A stretch of DNA of 64,000 nt. Source: Minisyncoccota bacterium (lineage in GTDB: Bacteria; Patescibacteriota; Minisyncoccia; Phycocordibacterales; Phycocordibacteraceae). Made by a program: the position numbers and the translations under genes. A model generated the notes under the pieces. The model searched no databases. It had not been told where the DNA came from and saw only the letters and a program-made list of their open reading frames with translations. Within the stretch, counting starts at the first letter, position 1. Each line of letters begins with the position of its first letter. The stretch covers positions 195,355-259,354 of the forward strand of contig DASPLI010000001.1 of the NCBI GenBank assembly GCA_035627655.1. Reading direction: 5' to 3'. Positions 45,592 through 54,486 of this stretch are shown here, one piece after another.

Positions 45592-47304
45592 ATGCCTAGC
45601 GCACAATCCGCGGTTCGTACGAGCCGCAGCGAGGTGGGCTTCCATCACGGAAAGACCCTCCTCAAAGTCGCCAACACGTACCCGTCCCTCTTTGAGGCGG
45701 TGCTCGAAGCCGTGCAAAACGCGATCGATTCTGAAGCCACGAAAATTGGCATCATTATCAATCGCAAGACGCGGTCGATCAGCATCATCGACAACGGGAA
45801 CGGTGTGACGCGCGAGCAACTCGACGAAGCGCTCGCCAGCGTCGGCAGTACACTCAAGCAGCGCGACAAGCTTGGCCAATTTGGCTATGGCCTCATTTCC
45901 TCCTTAGGGAAGTGTGAGTCCATGTCGTTCACCTCGTGCCCCGCAGGGGGCGACGAGTACCTTGAGTGGACGTTTGACACCGCGAAGATCGCCAACCAAG
46001 TTCGTGCGATCAAAATTCCGGTTGCGAAACGTAATTTCGTCTACCGCCCGAACCGTGACGGCCCACCCCTTCCACGGGGTTGGCATGCCACGGAATGGCG
46101 GACGCGGGTCTCGATCAACAATTACGTGACGGACCGCAAGATCTCCGAAATCCGGAGCGCCGATGCCCTCAAGGAGGCCATCGTCGAGAAGTTCGGCATC
46201 CCAATGCGGCGGAACGATGTGTCCGTCAGCGTCGACATCACGAACGAGAACGGCTCGCGGGAGACAGCGGTCGGGAAGGCAAAGCTCTTCTCCGGCAAGA
46301 AGCTCCCTGAAGTCGTCATCTCGGATAAGGATGCTGGTAACACCATCTTCCGGCTCTATCTCGCCAAGCCCGGCCGTCAAGGCAAGGTCTTGGTCGGGGT
46401 GGTCGGCGACGACTACCGCTTCGCGTTCGGCGTCTTCGCTAAGGAGGCGTCGGAACTTCTCTCGACGAACATCATCGAACTGTTCGTTAAGGAAGGCATC
46501 TTCGAGGGCGAGATTCTCACGACCAATGGGAAGCTCCACGACTCGAGGAAGAAGCTTGAGCAGAACGACGCCTATGTGGGCTTCTGCGCCACGATTGAGG
46601 AATGGTTCCTCAAGCATGGCAAGAAGCACCTCAAGGAGGTCAAGGACGAACGGCAGGGCCAGCGCATTCAGGACCTGTCGCTCAAGAGCCTTGAGAACGT
46701 GCAGAGCGTGCTCTCGGACGACGCGTTCGACCATCTTCGTAAGGGGACGATCGACACCTTCCGGTACGGCACTGTCGGCGCTGGGCATACCAATCCCGAA
46801 GATCGCAAGATCGTCGGGACACAGGAAAACCCGTCACTGTCGACCGTCGCTAGCGCGCGCAAGCGCGGTGAAGGCGGCGAAAGCCACGGGAACGAGCCTC
46901 CGGAGCGTGAACACGCCGGCCATATTCCCTTCACTGCTGCTGGCCCTCGCGGTCAGCAGCGGCGGGTGGTAAAGGGCGGCTCGCGCGGGCTTCAGTTCGA
47001 TCACACGGCAATGCGGTCCGATGGACCGCTCGCCGTGCTCGATGCTGGTAACGGCATTATCTTCTTCAACGTTGAGCACCCGGCCTGGGTAGCGGCGTCT
47101 GAAGCGGGTGACCGTGAGCTCATGCAGCTGCAGGAAGTCGGCGCCCTCGTTTCCCTCGTGCGTCACACGATGCCCGAGGAATACCATGGGTATCTCGACC
47201 TCTACCTGACCGACCTTCTTGGTCCGCTGTCGTTCCTCTTGCGCAACTCCCCCTCCTTCAGCTCCTCGGCTCGCACGAAGGCGAGCAAGGAAAAGAAGGA
47301 GTAG
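45592..47304 (+). CDS. Hsp90/MORC-like GHKL (HATPase_c_3-type) ATPase
   Basis: Bergerat-fold motifs: N-box LEAVQNAIDS, G1 box IIDNGNGV, G2 box LGQFGYGLISSLG. The roughly 400-aa C-terminal region has no recognisable domain. Confidence 0.6.
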   Translation: MPSAQSAVRTSRSEVGFHHGKTLLKVANTYPSLFEAVLEAVQNAIDSEATKIGIIINRKTRSISIIDNGNGVTREQLDEALASVGSTLKQRDKLGQFGYGLISSLGKCESMSFTSCPAGGDEYLEWTFDTAKIANQVRAIKIPVAKRNFVYRPNRDGPPLPRGWHATEWRTRVSINNYVTDRKISEIRSADALKEAIVEKFGIPMRRNDVSVSVDITNENGSRETAVGKAKLFSGKKLPEVVISDKDAGNTIFRLYLAKPGRQGKVLVGVVGDDYRFAFGVFAKEASELLSTNIIELFVKEGIFEGEILTTNGKLHDSRKKLEQNDAYVGFCATIEEWFLKHGKKHLKEVKDERQGQRIQDLSLKSLENVQSVLSDDAFDHLRKGTIDTFRYGTVGAGHTNPEDRKIVGTQENPSLSTVASARKRGEGGESHGNEPPEREHAGHIPFTAAGPRGQQRRVVKGGSRGLQFDHTAMRSDGPLAVLDAGNGIIFFNVEHPAWVAASEAGDRELMQLQEVGALVSLVRHTMPEEYHGYLDLYLTDLLGPLSFLLRNSPSFSSSARTKASKEKKE

Positions 47305-47313
47305 GTAAACAAA

Positions 47314-47357
47314 GGCCCCCTGCTTCGCCATTTGGCGGAGCAGGGGGTTTGCTTTTA
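47314..47357. terminator. bidirectional rho-independent terminator
   Basis: CCCCCTGCTTCGCCatttGGCGGAGCAGGGGGtttgctttt. Confidence 0.65.
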
Positions 47358-47657
47358 CGTGGAGCGGGCCTCTTGTTGCGCCTCTCCCCGCATGATCGCG
47401 CGGGTTCCGATGAGCGGAATCTTTGGATCGATGTTCTCGAAGAACCGCTCGATCGGCACTTCAAGCGCATGGGCGATCAGGTAGAGGTACGACGCGCTGA
47501 CCGTGCGGCCGCCGCTTTCAAAGGAACGAATGTCCTTAGGCGGAACTTTGATGCGGTCGCCGAGTTCAAACTCGGAGACGCCTTTTTCATGGCGAATGCG
47601 ACGGATCGCTTTCGCAAAGTGCGAGTTGAGCGGATGATTTCCAAGACGTTCTGGCAT
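47355..47657 (-). CDS. XRE-family HTH transcriptional regulator
   Basis: IRRIRHEKGVSEFELGDRIKVPPKDIRSFESGGRTVSASYLYLIAHALEVPIERFF is a typical HTH_3. Confidence 0.7.
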   Translation of the reverse strand: MPERLGNHPLNSHFAKAIRRIRHEKGVSEFELGDRIKVPPKDIRSFESGGRTVSASYLYLIAHALEVPIERFFENIDPKIPLIGTRAIMRGEAQQEARST

Positions 47658-47843
47658 TCTTGTAGGTCCTTTCTCCTACTCCCTGGCGTTGACCCTACCC
47701 CCGTTTGTGTTCAAAAGCAAGGTTTTGACACTATCCACCTTGATTGGCAAGCCCTCTTGCGGCCCAGGGCCCATTTTCTATACTTTTTCTATACCCCGGC
47801 CCCATTGCTGCCGCGGGACATATAAGCCAATTCACCAGAATTC

Positions 47844-48116
47844 ATGAACAAAGCAGATATCGTAGGAAAGGTGCAGGGCGTCCTCGGCGGCACGAAGGCA
47901 GATGCTGAGCGCGCTGTTGAATGCATCATTGACTCCATTACCGCAGCCCTTAAGTCTGGCGACGAGGTTTCGATCGCCGGTCTTGGCATCTTCGTTGCGA
48001 AGGCTCGCCCGGCTCGCACCGGCCGCAACCCGCGCACTGGTGAGACCATTCGCATTGCTGCGACTCGCACCCCGAAATTCCGTCCCGCAAAGGCACTCAA
48101 AGACGCGGTTAAGTAG
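47844..48116 (+). CDS. hup: HU-family nucleoid-associated DNA-binding protein
   Basis: MNKADIVGKV…AGLGIFVAKARPARTGRNPRTGETIRIAATRTPKFRPAKALKDAV. Confidence 0.85.
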   Translation: MNKADIVGKVQGVLGGTKADAERAVECIIDSITAALKSGDEVSIAGLGIFVAKARPARTGRNPRTGETIRIAATRTPKFRPAKALKDAVK

Positions 48117-48136
48117 TTTTTCTCCGCTCTGTCGCG

Positions 48137-48170
48137 AAATGGCCGCCCCTCTGGCGGCCATTTGCGTTTC
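48137..48170 (+). terminator. rho-independent terminator
   Basis: AAATGGCCGCCcctctGGCGGCCATTTgcgtttc. Confidence 0.6.
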
Positions 48171-48250
48171 ATGTATGCTTCAGACGGAGCGGTGTACTGT
48201 CCGCCTCACGCCCTGTGGAGGGCGTGTTCTATTCCCAACGGAGGACGCCC

Positions 48251-48751
48251 ATGACGCGTATCTTCGTCGCGATTTTCCTCTTTCTGTGCTGTATCGCCCT
48301 GCCGGATCAGGTATCTGCCCGCCAGTACGCTGGCTATACGGCAGACGGAACGGTTCGCGTCACAGTACGGGAGGTTGAACCTCGAGGACGAATCCAAGTA
48401 CAGGATGATGCGCCGTTCTTTACGCTGCTCTTCCTGTTTATGTGTCTCGGTCTACTGATTGCACTCATCCTTTCGTTTGACGACGAGGGTGAGAGCGGAG
48501 AAGAAGCAACGGCACAGCCGGCTTCCCCGCCACCACCTCCAGCACCCGCACCGCCGCCGATACCGCCCGCCGATCCTTTGCCACCACTGCCAGTCGTGGT
48601 TGAGGATACGGAAGCGCGTCGTCGCTTGCGTGTTAGTCGGGATGCGCTTCGGCGCGCCGACGAGCGCGCGGAAGAAATACAGCAGGAGGCATATCGAGCC
48701 CTACGAGACCTCGACGAATCACCACCAGTACCTTCAAGACGGCGCACCTAG
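48251..48751 (+). CDS. hypothetical bitopic membrane protein with Pro-rich cytoplasmic tail
   Basis: RBS ACGGAGGA. Signal (IFVAIFLFLCCIALPDQVSA), one TM (LLFLFMCLGLLIALIL), PPPPPAPAPPPIPP stretch, charged helical end. Confidence 0.45.
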   Translation: MTRIFVAIFLFLCCIALPDQVSARQYAGYTADGTVRVTVREVEPRGRIQVQDDAPFFTLLFLFMCLGLLIALILSFDDEGESGEEATAQPASPPPPPAPAPPPIPPADPLPPLPVVVEDTEARRRLRVSRDALRRADERAEEIQQEAYRALRDLDESPPVPSRRRT

Positions 48752-48996
48752 CGCCGTCTCTTTTTTGTGCTAGGATCCCTGACAGGCCGCTTCATCCAGG
48801 CTTCAGGGTCTGGATCGTAGCGTAGGGCTTCCACCGGTCTCCCCCAAGGATCGACCGGTTGATCTTTCGCGAGTTTCGCATTGTCTCCCTCCTGTATACG
48901 TGTGTGCGGCGTCGGATATCGCGCCTGCGCAGAACTGTTATGTGCAGGCGTCATAGCCGCTGTCATGAAGACACGGTTGATTGTAGGAGAAGGACA

Positions 48997-49452
48997 ATGA
49001 ACCTTACCCCGGATCGACGCCCTGAACGGGGCGACGGCCAAGGTGGCTCGCGTTCACCGCAGCCGCCCAACACCAGGCAACCCCAGCGCGCCGACGACGA
49101 CGGCATGTCGTTTGAAGACGCCTGGAACGCCATGAACGAAGCCTGGAAAGGCATGCTGCGCGAAGCTGGCCAGCTTCGCACCGAGGCTCAAGAAGCCAAG
49201 GCGGCGGCCAATCAAGAAAAAGCTCGCGCCGACCGGCTGCAAGAAGAGTTGCGCGTTTCCGACAGCGAAAAGAAGCGGCTCTTTGATGACAACACTCGCC
49301 TGCAAGGTCTCCTTGACCAGGCGCGCAACGTCATCAAGAAGTTTGCTGAAAAGCAAGACGAAGCGCGTGCTCAGATCCGTGATGACTATCGCGCTATCAC
49401 GGAGCCGCCGCCGCCTGAACGGACCGGCCGCGGTGCTGAACGGCACCAGTAA
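48997..49452 (+). CDS. hypothetical coiled-coil protein
   Basis: RBS AGGAGAAGGA. 151 aa with a heptad-like charged central region. Confidence 0.45.
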   Translation: MNLTPDRRPERGDGQGGSRSPQPPNTRQPQRADDDGMSFEDAWNAMNEAWKGMLREAGQLRTEAQEAKAAANQEKARADRLQEELRVSDSEKKRLFDDNTRLQGLLDQARNVIKKFAEKQDEARAQIRDDYRAITEPPPPERTGRGAERHQ

Positions 49453-49468
49453 GATCAGAAGCCCTTTC

Positions 49469-49504
49469 AGAGGCGACGCCCCAGCGTCGCCTCTTTCTTT
49501 TTCC
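49469..49504 (+). terminator. rho-independent terminator
   Basis: AGAGGCGACGCcccaGCGTCGCCTCTttctttttcc. Confidence 0.7.
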
Positions 49505-49525
49505 TGACGGGTGTATCATGGGAGC

Positions 49526-50221
49526 ATGACTTTTGCTGAAATGCCGCCGATTCCGGGCAAGAAGTTTGCCCCAGGAAAGACTGGTCAGCTCGAACGCCTG
49601 GATGCCAAGCGTCGTCTGACAAAGGCAAAGCGATGGGTAAAGTCTGGTTGGGAGAACGTGGTAACGCGCATTCCCAACAAAGCTGATATTTACGCCTACT
49701 CGTTTCGAACGCCCGATGAGGGGTTTCGTGCTCGAGAGATTTACTACATTCATCGCATCTTGAAAGTGCTCTTCCCGTCGCACTTCCCGAGAATTCGCGC
49801 AGCGATGGAGCATCGTAACAATTCAGAGACGCCCGGCGGCACGGTGCGACAGGAAGTAAAAATAAAGGAGGACCCACTTGCGGACAGTCGCAAAGCAAGT
49901 TTCGTGTACTGGTTTATGCAGAACTTTGTTACTAAAACCACAGAGGGAGATTTCCAAGAGGTGCGCCAGGCGCTCCAGGACATGGGCATCAAGAGCGGTA
50001 TTGATTTCAACCCGGCTAATTTTGCGGCTGATGAAGAGGGGCATGAACAATATCTCGATACGGCGCCTGGGCTCGCAGAGCCGTTTATCAATCAGCATCC
50101 GCGGATTATTGAATACATGTGGGCGCGCGGCTATGCAGGGGATGATGTTCGCAAGGTAGAGAAAGCGCTCAAACGCCTTGATACGCTTGTTGCCCGCCGT
50201 AAGAAGCGGCTCACTCGCTAG
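49526..50221 (+). CDS. hypothetical protein
   Basis: 232-aa globular-looking ORF. Start ambiguous between 49511 and 49526. No SD. Confidence 0.4.
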   Translation: MTFAEMPPIPGKKFAPGKTGQLERLDAKRRLTKAKRWVKSGWENVVTRIPNKADIYAYSFRTPDEGFRAREIYYIHRILKVLFPSHFPRIRAAMEHRNNSETPGGTVRQEVKIKEDPLADSRKASFVYWFMQNFVTKTTEGDFQEVRQALQDMGIKSGIDFNPANFAADEEGHEQYLDTAPGLAEPFINQHPRIIEYMWARGYAGDDVRKVEKALKRLDTLVARRKKRLTR

Positions 50222-50248
50222 TTCAAAGTTTGCTCCACAGGCCGTTAG

Positions 50249-50276
50249 TTGACTATATAGACTACTGTTGTATTAT
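50249..50276 (+). promoter_or_regulatory. sigma70-like promoter (TTGACT, 16 bp spacer, TATTAT)
   Basis: ttgactATATAGACTACTGTTGtattat lies 35 nt upstream of RBS GGAGGAGG and the ATG at 50312. Confidence 0.45.
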
Positions 50277-50311
50277 CATAGGCAGACTTGATCTTAGACA
50301 GGAGGAGGATC

Positions 50312-51457
50312 ATGCCTGAGGCGACGCGGGTGGAAACATCTGCAGCGACATGCGAAATTCGGTGTTCTCGTGATCGATTTTCTGGTGCCCGTGGGGAGTT
50401 CGCACGAATAGCTAGTTTCGTGGAAGAACTTCTGACGGAAGCCGGGCTATCCGGGAATTTCCAATGCGTGCCGCATAAGCCAGTTCGCGGCGGACATGCG
50501 AACAAGGGCCAAGGATTCCGTATCACGCGAGTGGACGGGTCTGATGGGCTGATGTGTATCATCCAGCTCGGCTCCAATGATTCTGCATGGGAATGCAAAC
50601 TCTTGCTTCCGGCGACGTTCTTGCCTGAAAAGGTGAAGACGCAGCTGGAAGAGGCGCTTCGGCGCCGAAATGCTCGGCCTGTGAAGGCGGTCCCGCCTCC
50701 TCCCCCGGAGGAGCCCGACCCGCCACCACCAGCGCCGGCCGTATGCGATGTTATTGCGGATCTCGAGCGCGTCGCGCTCCTGATTGCAGGACAGTTCCCC
50801 GAACGGAAGAGTTGCTCTCCGTACGAGGTGATCGCCGATCTGTTCATTGATGAATATCAATGGGCATCGGCGGAAGCGCACCAAGCGATACTGGCTTTGG
50901 TCAACCGGCGGCACTTTAAGCTTGCAGGCAGCACTGCGGATCAGCGTTACATCAGCATTCTGGACGGCGCGCTGTGCGACCACTTGAAGGTCCTCAGCGT
51001 GCTCAAGGAAGCTGAAACGAAGACTCCCGCTCCCGTCGTCACTGCTCCCGTCGTCTCCGACAAGCAGCGATTGCGGACAGAAGCCTCGCAGATGTACGTC
51101 GGCCAGCCTCTGGACGACGAACCTCGCCCCCGACCACGGCTTGTTCGCTCGGAGGCGCCTGCCCCGACGCAACCAGCACCGCCTGCGGCTCCCACCGGAA
51201 TCGCGGCCCAGCTTGCCGATCTTGAGCAGAAGTCACTGGTATTCGAGGAAGCGCAGCACCAGCTGCGCCAAGCCGAACCCGCGACCGCTGCGCTTGAGGA
51301 GCGCTGGGAACGTGCTCAGGAAGAGATCGCTGCGATTACGCGCGAGCGCGAACGTTTGAGCGCGGAGTGTGCCGATGCGAACCGCATCGTTGCAGATCCG
51401 AACTACGCTCAGGCGGCCGAAAAGCTTGCTCGCATTCGCGAGATCATTTCATCCTGA
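50312..51457 (+). CDS. hypothetical multidomain protein (Cys-containing N-domain, poly-Pro linkers, C-terminal coiled coil)
   Basis: Strong RBS GGAGGAGG. 381 aa. PPPPPEEPDPPPPAP and PAPTQPAPPAAP linkers. Confidence 0.5.
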   Translation: MPEATRVETSAATCEIRCSRDRFSGARGEFARIASFVEELLTEAGLSGNFQCVPHKPVRGGHANKGQGFRITRVDGSDGLMCIIQLGSNDSAWECKLLLPATFLPEKVKTQLEEALRRRNARPVKAVPPPPPEEPDPPPPAPAVCDVIADLERVALLIAGQFPERKSCSPYEVIADLFIDEYQWASAEAHQAILALVNRRHFKLAGSTADQRYISILDGALCDHLKVLSVLKEAETKTPAPVVTAPVVSDKQRLRTEASQMYVGQPLDDEPRPRPRLVRSEAPAPTQPAPPAAPTGIAAQLADLEQKSLVFEEAQHQLRQAEPATAALEERWERAQEEIAAITRERERLSAECADANRIVADPNYAQAAEKLARIREIISS

Positions 51458-51463
51458 ACGCGA

Positions 51464-51494
51464 GCGGCCCCCGGTACGGGGGCCGCTTTGTTTT
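51464..51494 (+). terminator. rho-independent terminator
   Basis: GCGGCCCCCggtacGGGGGCCGCtttgtttt. Confidence 0.7.
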
Positions 51495-52647
51495 AAGTCT
51501 TCTTTCTAAAGTAGGTTTTTTTCTTGAGCTTTTCCGGCATATAGCTCTCGGTGTCGTAGCGCTTGTATCCCTTTCCGTAGCCGAGTTCTTTCATGAGCTT
51601 GGTCGGTGCGTTTCGAATATTTTTCGGGATCGGCAGATTTCCCAAGCGAGCAACGTCTGCCTGCGCTTCTCGGAGCGCTTCGTATGCTGACTTATCTTTC
51701 TTGCAATTGGCGAGATACGCGGTGCCGTGCGCGAGGTTGATGGCGCATTCCGGATAGCCGATCGTTTCGCACGCACGGAATACCTCGTTTGCAACGACAA
51801 GCGCGGTTGGCTGGGCAAGGCCAATGTCTTCGGACGCGAAGATCACCATGCGCCGCGCAATAAAGAGCGGATCCTCCCCTGCTTCTACCATGCGAGCAAG
51901 ATAGTAGATGGCAGCGTCCGGCTGATTTGCACGCATGCTTTTTATATAGGCGGAAATAGTATCGTAGTGTTCTTCACCTTTCTTGTCGTAGCGAAGATGC
52001 GGAGACTCAAGTGCTTTGGTAAGCGTTTCCGTCGTAACCGCTCCGTACAAACGTTCTGCGCCTTCAAGCATGGTGAGCGCTCGTCGCGCGTCCCCGTTTG
52101 CGTAACCCATGAGCCATTCAAACGCGTCCTTCCCGACTTTAAGTTTTGACCGCTTCACAATCTTCTTGAGCGCTTCTTCCGATAGCGGCTCGAGTACGAA
52201 TACCCTGCAGCGAGATAGGAGCGCCGGGATGACCTCAAATGATGGGTTTTCAGTCGTTGCACCGATCAGCGTGAGGTCTCCGCTTTCAACGTATGGCAGG
52301 AGAAAATCCTGCTGGCTTTTGTTGAAACGATGGATTTCATCGAGAAACAGTACCTTGGGCTTCCCAATCGCGAGCTTCCCGTTGCGGCTTGTGTCGTCGA
52401 CGATCCGACGAATGTCGTCCTTGCCCGCAGAGACGGCAGACAGCTCATACAGTTCTGCATCAAGCGCCTTGGCATAAATGCGTGCGATGGTGGTCTTTCC
52501 TGTGCCTGGCGGCCCCCAGAGAATAAACGAGAATCGATGTTTTTTCTCTATAGCAACACGGATTGGCTTGCCTTCTCCAACCAGATGCTCTTGCCCCACC
52601 ACCTCTTCAAGGCGTTCAGGACGAAGGCGGGAGGCTAGGGGTTCCAT
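51493..52647 (-). CDS. rarA: replication-associated recombination protein RarA/MgsA (AAA+ ATPase)
   Basis: LWGPPGTGKTTIARI Walker A, LFLDEIHRFNK Walker B, C-terminal MgsA helical region. Confidence 0.85.
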   Translation of the reverse strand: MEPLASRLRPERLEEVVGQEHLVGEGKPIRVAIEKKHRFSFILWGPPGTGKTTIARIYAKALDAELYELSAVSAGKDDIRRIVDDTSRNGKLAIGKPKVLFLDEIHRFNKSQQDFLLPYVESGDLTLIGATTENPSFEVIPALLSRCRVFVLEPLSEEALKKIVKRSKLKVGKDAFEWLMGYANGDARRALTMLEGAERLYGAVTTETLTKALESPHLRYDKKGEEHYDTISAYIKSMRANQPDAAIYYLARMVEAGEDPLFIARRMVIFASEDIGLAQPTALVVANEVFRACETIGYPECAINLAHGTAYLANCKKDKSAYEALREAQADVARLGNLPIPKNIRNAPTKLMKELGYGKGYKRYDTESYMPEKLKKKTYFRKKT

Positions 52648-52685
52648 GCTCCTATCCTACTCCTTTCGGAAAATATGGCATGAAG

Positions 52686-52713
52686 AAACGGCCGCCTCGT
52701 GTGGCGGCCGTTT
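52686..52713 (-). terminator. hairpin terminator downstream of acidic-repeat gene
   Basis: AAACGGCCGCCtcgtgtGGCGGCCGTTT. Confidence 0.45.
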
Positions 52714-52733
52714 CTTTGCTGGCGAGCTACGGA

Positions 52734-53858
52734 CTAGTCAACTTCGTTGAGCGCATCTTCTGCGAGCTCTTCCGCTTCTTCAGCGTACTCGATTGCTTCG
52801 TCGTAGTCTTCGTCATCGAAGGCATCTTCTGCATCATTGAGTGCGTCGAGCGCGTCATTCAAGAGGTCTTCCGCGTCTTCCGTGTCGTCATTAGAGTCGC
52901 TGATCGCTTCCTGCGCTTCATCGATGGCGTCTTCAGCGTCTTCAATTGCTGCTGCCGCTTCGCTCTCGTCCTCGTCGAAGTCAATCTCATCCAACGCTTC
53001 GCTGATAAGGTCGCGCGCCTCGTCAATCAGATCCATTGCGTCCTCGTAATCTTCGTCGTCGATGTCGTCCTCTGCCTCGTTGAGGAGTTCTTCTGCCTCA
53101 TCAAGCGCTTCCTGTGCATCTTCAACGTCCTCACCGTCGTCTTCTGCTTCCTCGACGTTCTCGCGCGCCTCATCAAGCTCATCTTGAGCTTCCTCGAGCG
53201 CCTCTTCCGCGCTGTCTTCGTCGGCGTCTTCGTTGTCATCATCCTCGTCGTCGCTTGAATCGTCGATGGCGTTGTCTGCCTGGGACTCGGCAGTGCGCGC
53301 AAGCGAGGTGGCGCTTGCAATGTTTGCGTTGAGGAATGCGCGGAACGCTGCAAAGAGGTTTGAAAGCGAGTCTTCAAGGTCGCTATCATCTGCCTCATCC
53401 CGTGCGTCTTCGTAGGCGCTAATGGCGTTGAGGAGCGCCGTGCGCGCCTCAGCTGCTCCACCAATATTCGGGTTGCTTGGGGTTGTTGGGCTGCCCGGAG
53501 TAGTTGGGATGGTTGGCGTGCCGCCAATGAGCGTCTTGTATTTTGCACGCGAGAGCGGGCCGAAGGTTCCAGTTGCGGAAATGCCGTTTGCCGTCTGCCA
53601 GCGAGAGACTGCGTCAGCGGTCTTCTCGCGGAAGAGGGTGGTTTCCTGGCCCGGAGCGCCTACGCCGCTCGTTGCGACAATGTAGCCAGCTCCGTTGAGG
53701 TACTGCTGCAAGCAGCGGACATCTTCGCCGGTTACGCCCAGGGTAAGGTCACGAGTAAAATTACAGTCAGTGGCTGCAAAGACACCTGCCGGAAGTGCGA
53801 GCGTTCCGACAAGCGCAAGCGAGAGAACTGACGATATGAAAATCTTTCGCATAGGCAT
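52734..53858 (-). CDS. secreted peptidoglycan-binding-domain protein with hyper-acidic repetitive C-terminal region
   Basis: Signal peptide (ALVGTLALPAGVFAA). PG_binding_1-like segment (LTLGVTGEDVRCLQQYLNGAGYIVATSGVGAPGQETTLFREKTADAVSRWQTANGISATG). Roughly 230 aa of E/D/A/L repeats (EAxDxLDEAxE…). Confidence 0.6.
   Translation of the reverse strand: MPMRKIFISSVLSLALVGTLALPAGVFAATDCNFTRDLTLGVTGEDVRCLQQYLNGAGYIVATSGVGAPGQETTLFREKTADAVSRWQTANGISATGTFGPLSRAKYKTLIGGTPTIPTTPGSPTTPSNPNIGGAAEARTALLNAISAYEDARDEADDSDLEDSLSNLFAAFRAFLNANIASATSLARTAESQADNAIDDSSDDEDDDNEDADEDSAEEALEEAQDELDEARENVEEAEDDGEDVEDAQEALDEAEELLNEAEDDIDDEDYEDAMDLIDEARDLISEALDEIDFDEDESEAAAAIEDAEDAIDEAQEAISDSNDDTEDAEDLLNDALDALNDAEDAFDDEDYDEAIEYAEEAEELAEDALNEVD
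52740..53400. repeat. imperfect tandem coding repeats encoding the D/E-rich helical units
   Basis: Recurrent gcgtcttc/gcctcttc…gag units are visible by eye across the region. Confidence 0.5.
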
Positions 53859-53961
53859 AGCGCGTTTAATGTGTATGTCTGTACGATAGCACGGCTGCAT
53901 GAAGCGATCGTGTGAAAAAAAGACCGCCGAGCCCCCTTGCGGGAACTCGACGGCCACTCGC

Positions 53962-54336
53962 CTACTTCTTACCGAGGCTTTGCAGGAGCTCCAGCAGTCT
54001 CTTCACGCTTACGCGTGACAACTTGCGCGAGAGCACCAGGAGTTCGATCTCTTCGGCAGTTTCAGGCACGACTTCATCAGTCGCACCCGTCTTTCCTTGG
54101 TTACCCAGTCCTTCGTAGAACGAGGCAACGGACTTATCAAGCGCATTGGCTATGTCGAGGAGTCGACTGGCCGCGATGCGATTGATGCCCTTCTCGTACT
54201 TCTGTACCTGCTGAAACGTCACGCCGAGTAGCTCGGCGAGCCGTTCCTGAGACATACCGATTTCAAGCCGCCGAGTTCGGACACGCTGCCCGATCTTGCG
54301 GTCTACTATGGTTGCCCCACGTTCGTCTTTTGACAA
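53962..54336 (-). CDS. XRE-family HTH transcriptional regulator
   Basis: IGQRVRTRRLEIGMSQERLAELLGVTFQQVQKYEKGINRIAASRLLDIANAL. Confidence 0.7.
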   Translation of the reverse strand: MSKDERGATIVDRKIGQRVRTRRLEIGMSQERLAELLGVTFQQVQKYEKGINRIAASRLLDIANALDKSVASFYEGLGNQGKTGATDEVVPETAEEIELLVLSRKLSRVSVKRLLELLQSLGKK

Positions 54337-54412
54337 ACAACACCTCCTTTCGTTGTAGTGAGCATTGAGAGTATACTATAAATATATAGAATAGTCAATA
54401 GTTGGTGCGGGA

Positions 54413-54486
54413 TAGGAGAATCGAACTCCTGCCAGCAGTTTGGAAAACTGCGGTTCTACCATTAAACTAATCCCGCTTCGAAGCCG
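54413..54486 (-). tRNA. tRNA-Gly (anticodon UCC), CCA encoded
   Basis: Cloverleaf folded by hand: acceptor GCGGGAU/AUCCCGC, D-stem GUUU/GAAC, anticodon stem GCAGU/ACUGC with loop UUUCCAA, T-stem AGGAG/CUCCU with loop UUCGAUU, 3' ACCA. Confidence 0.8.

Noticed and set aside
45904-46788. 294-aa minus-strand ORF (and the 269-aa + ORF at 46163-46972)
   Set aside because: They overlap the GHKL ATPase gene in other frames. S/R-rich compositions indicate spurious frames.
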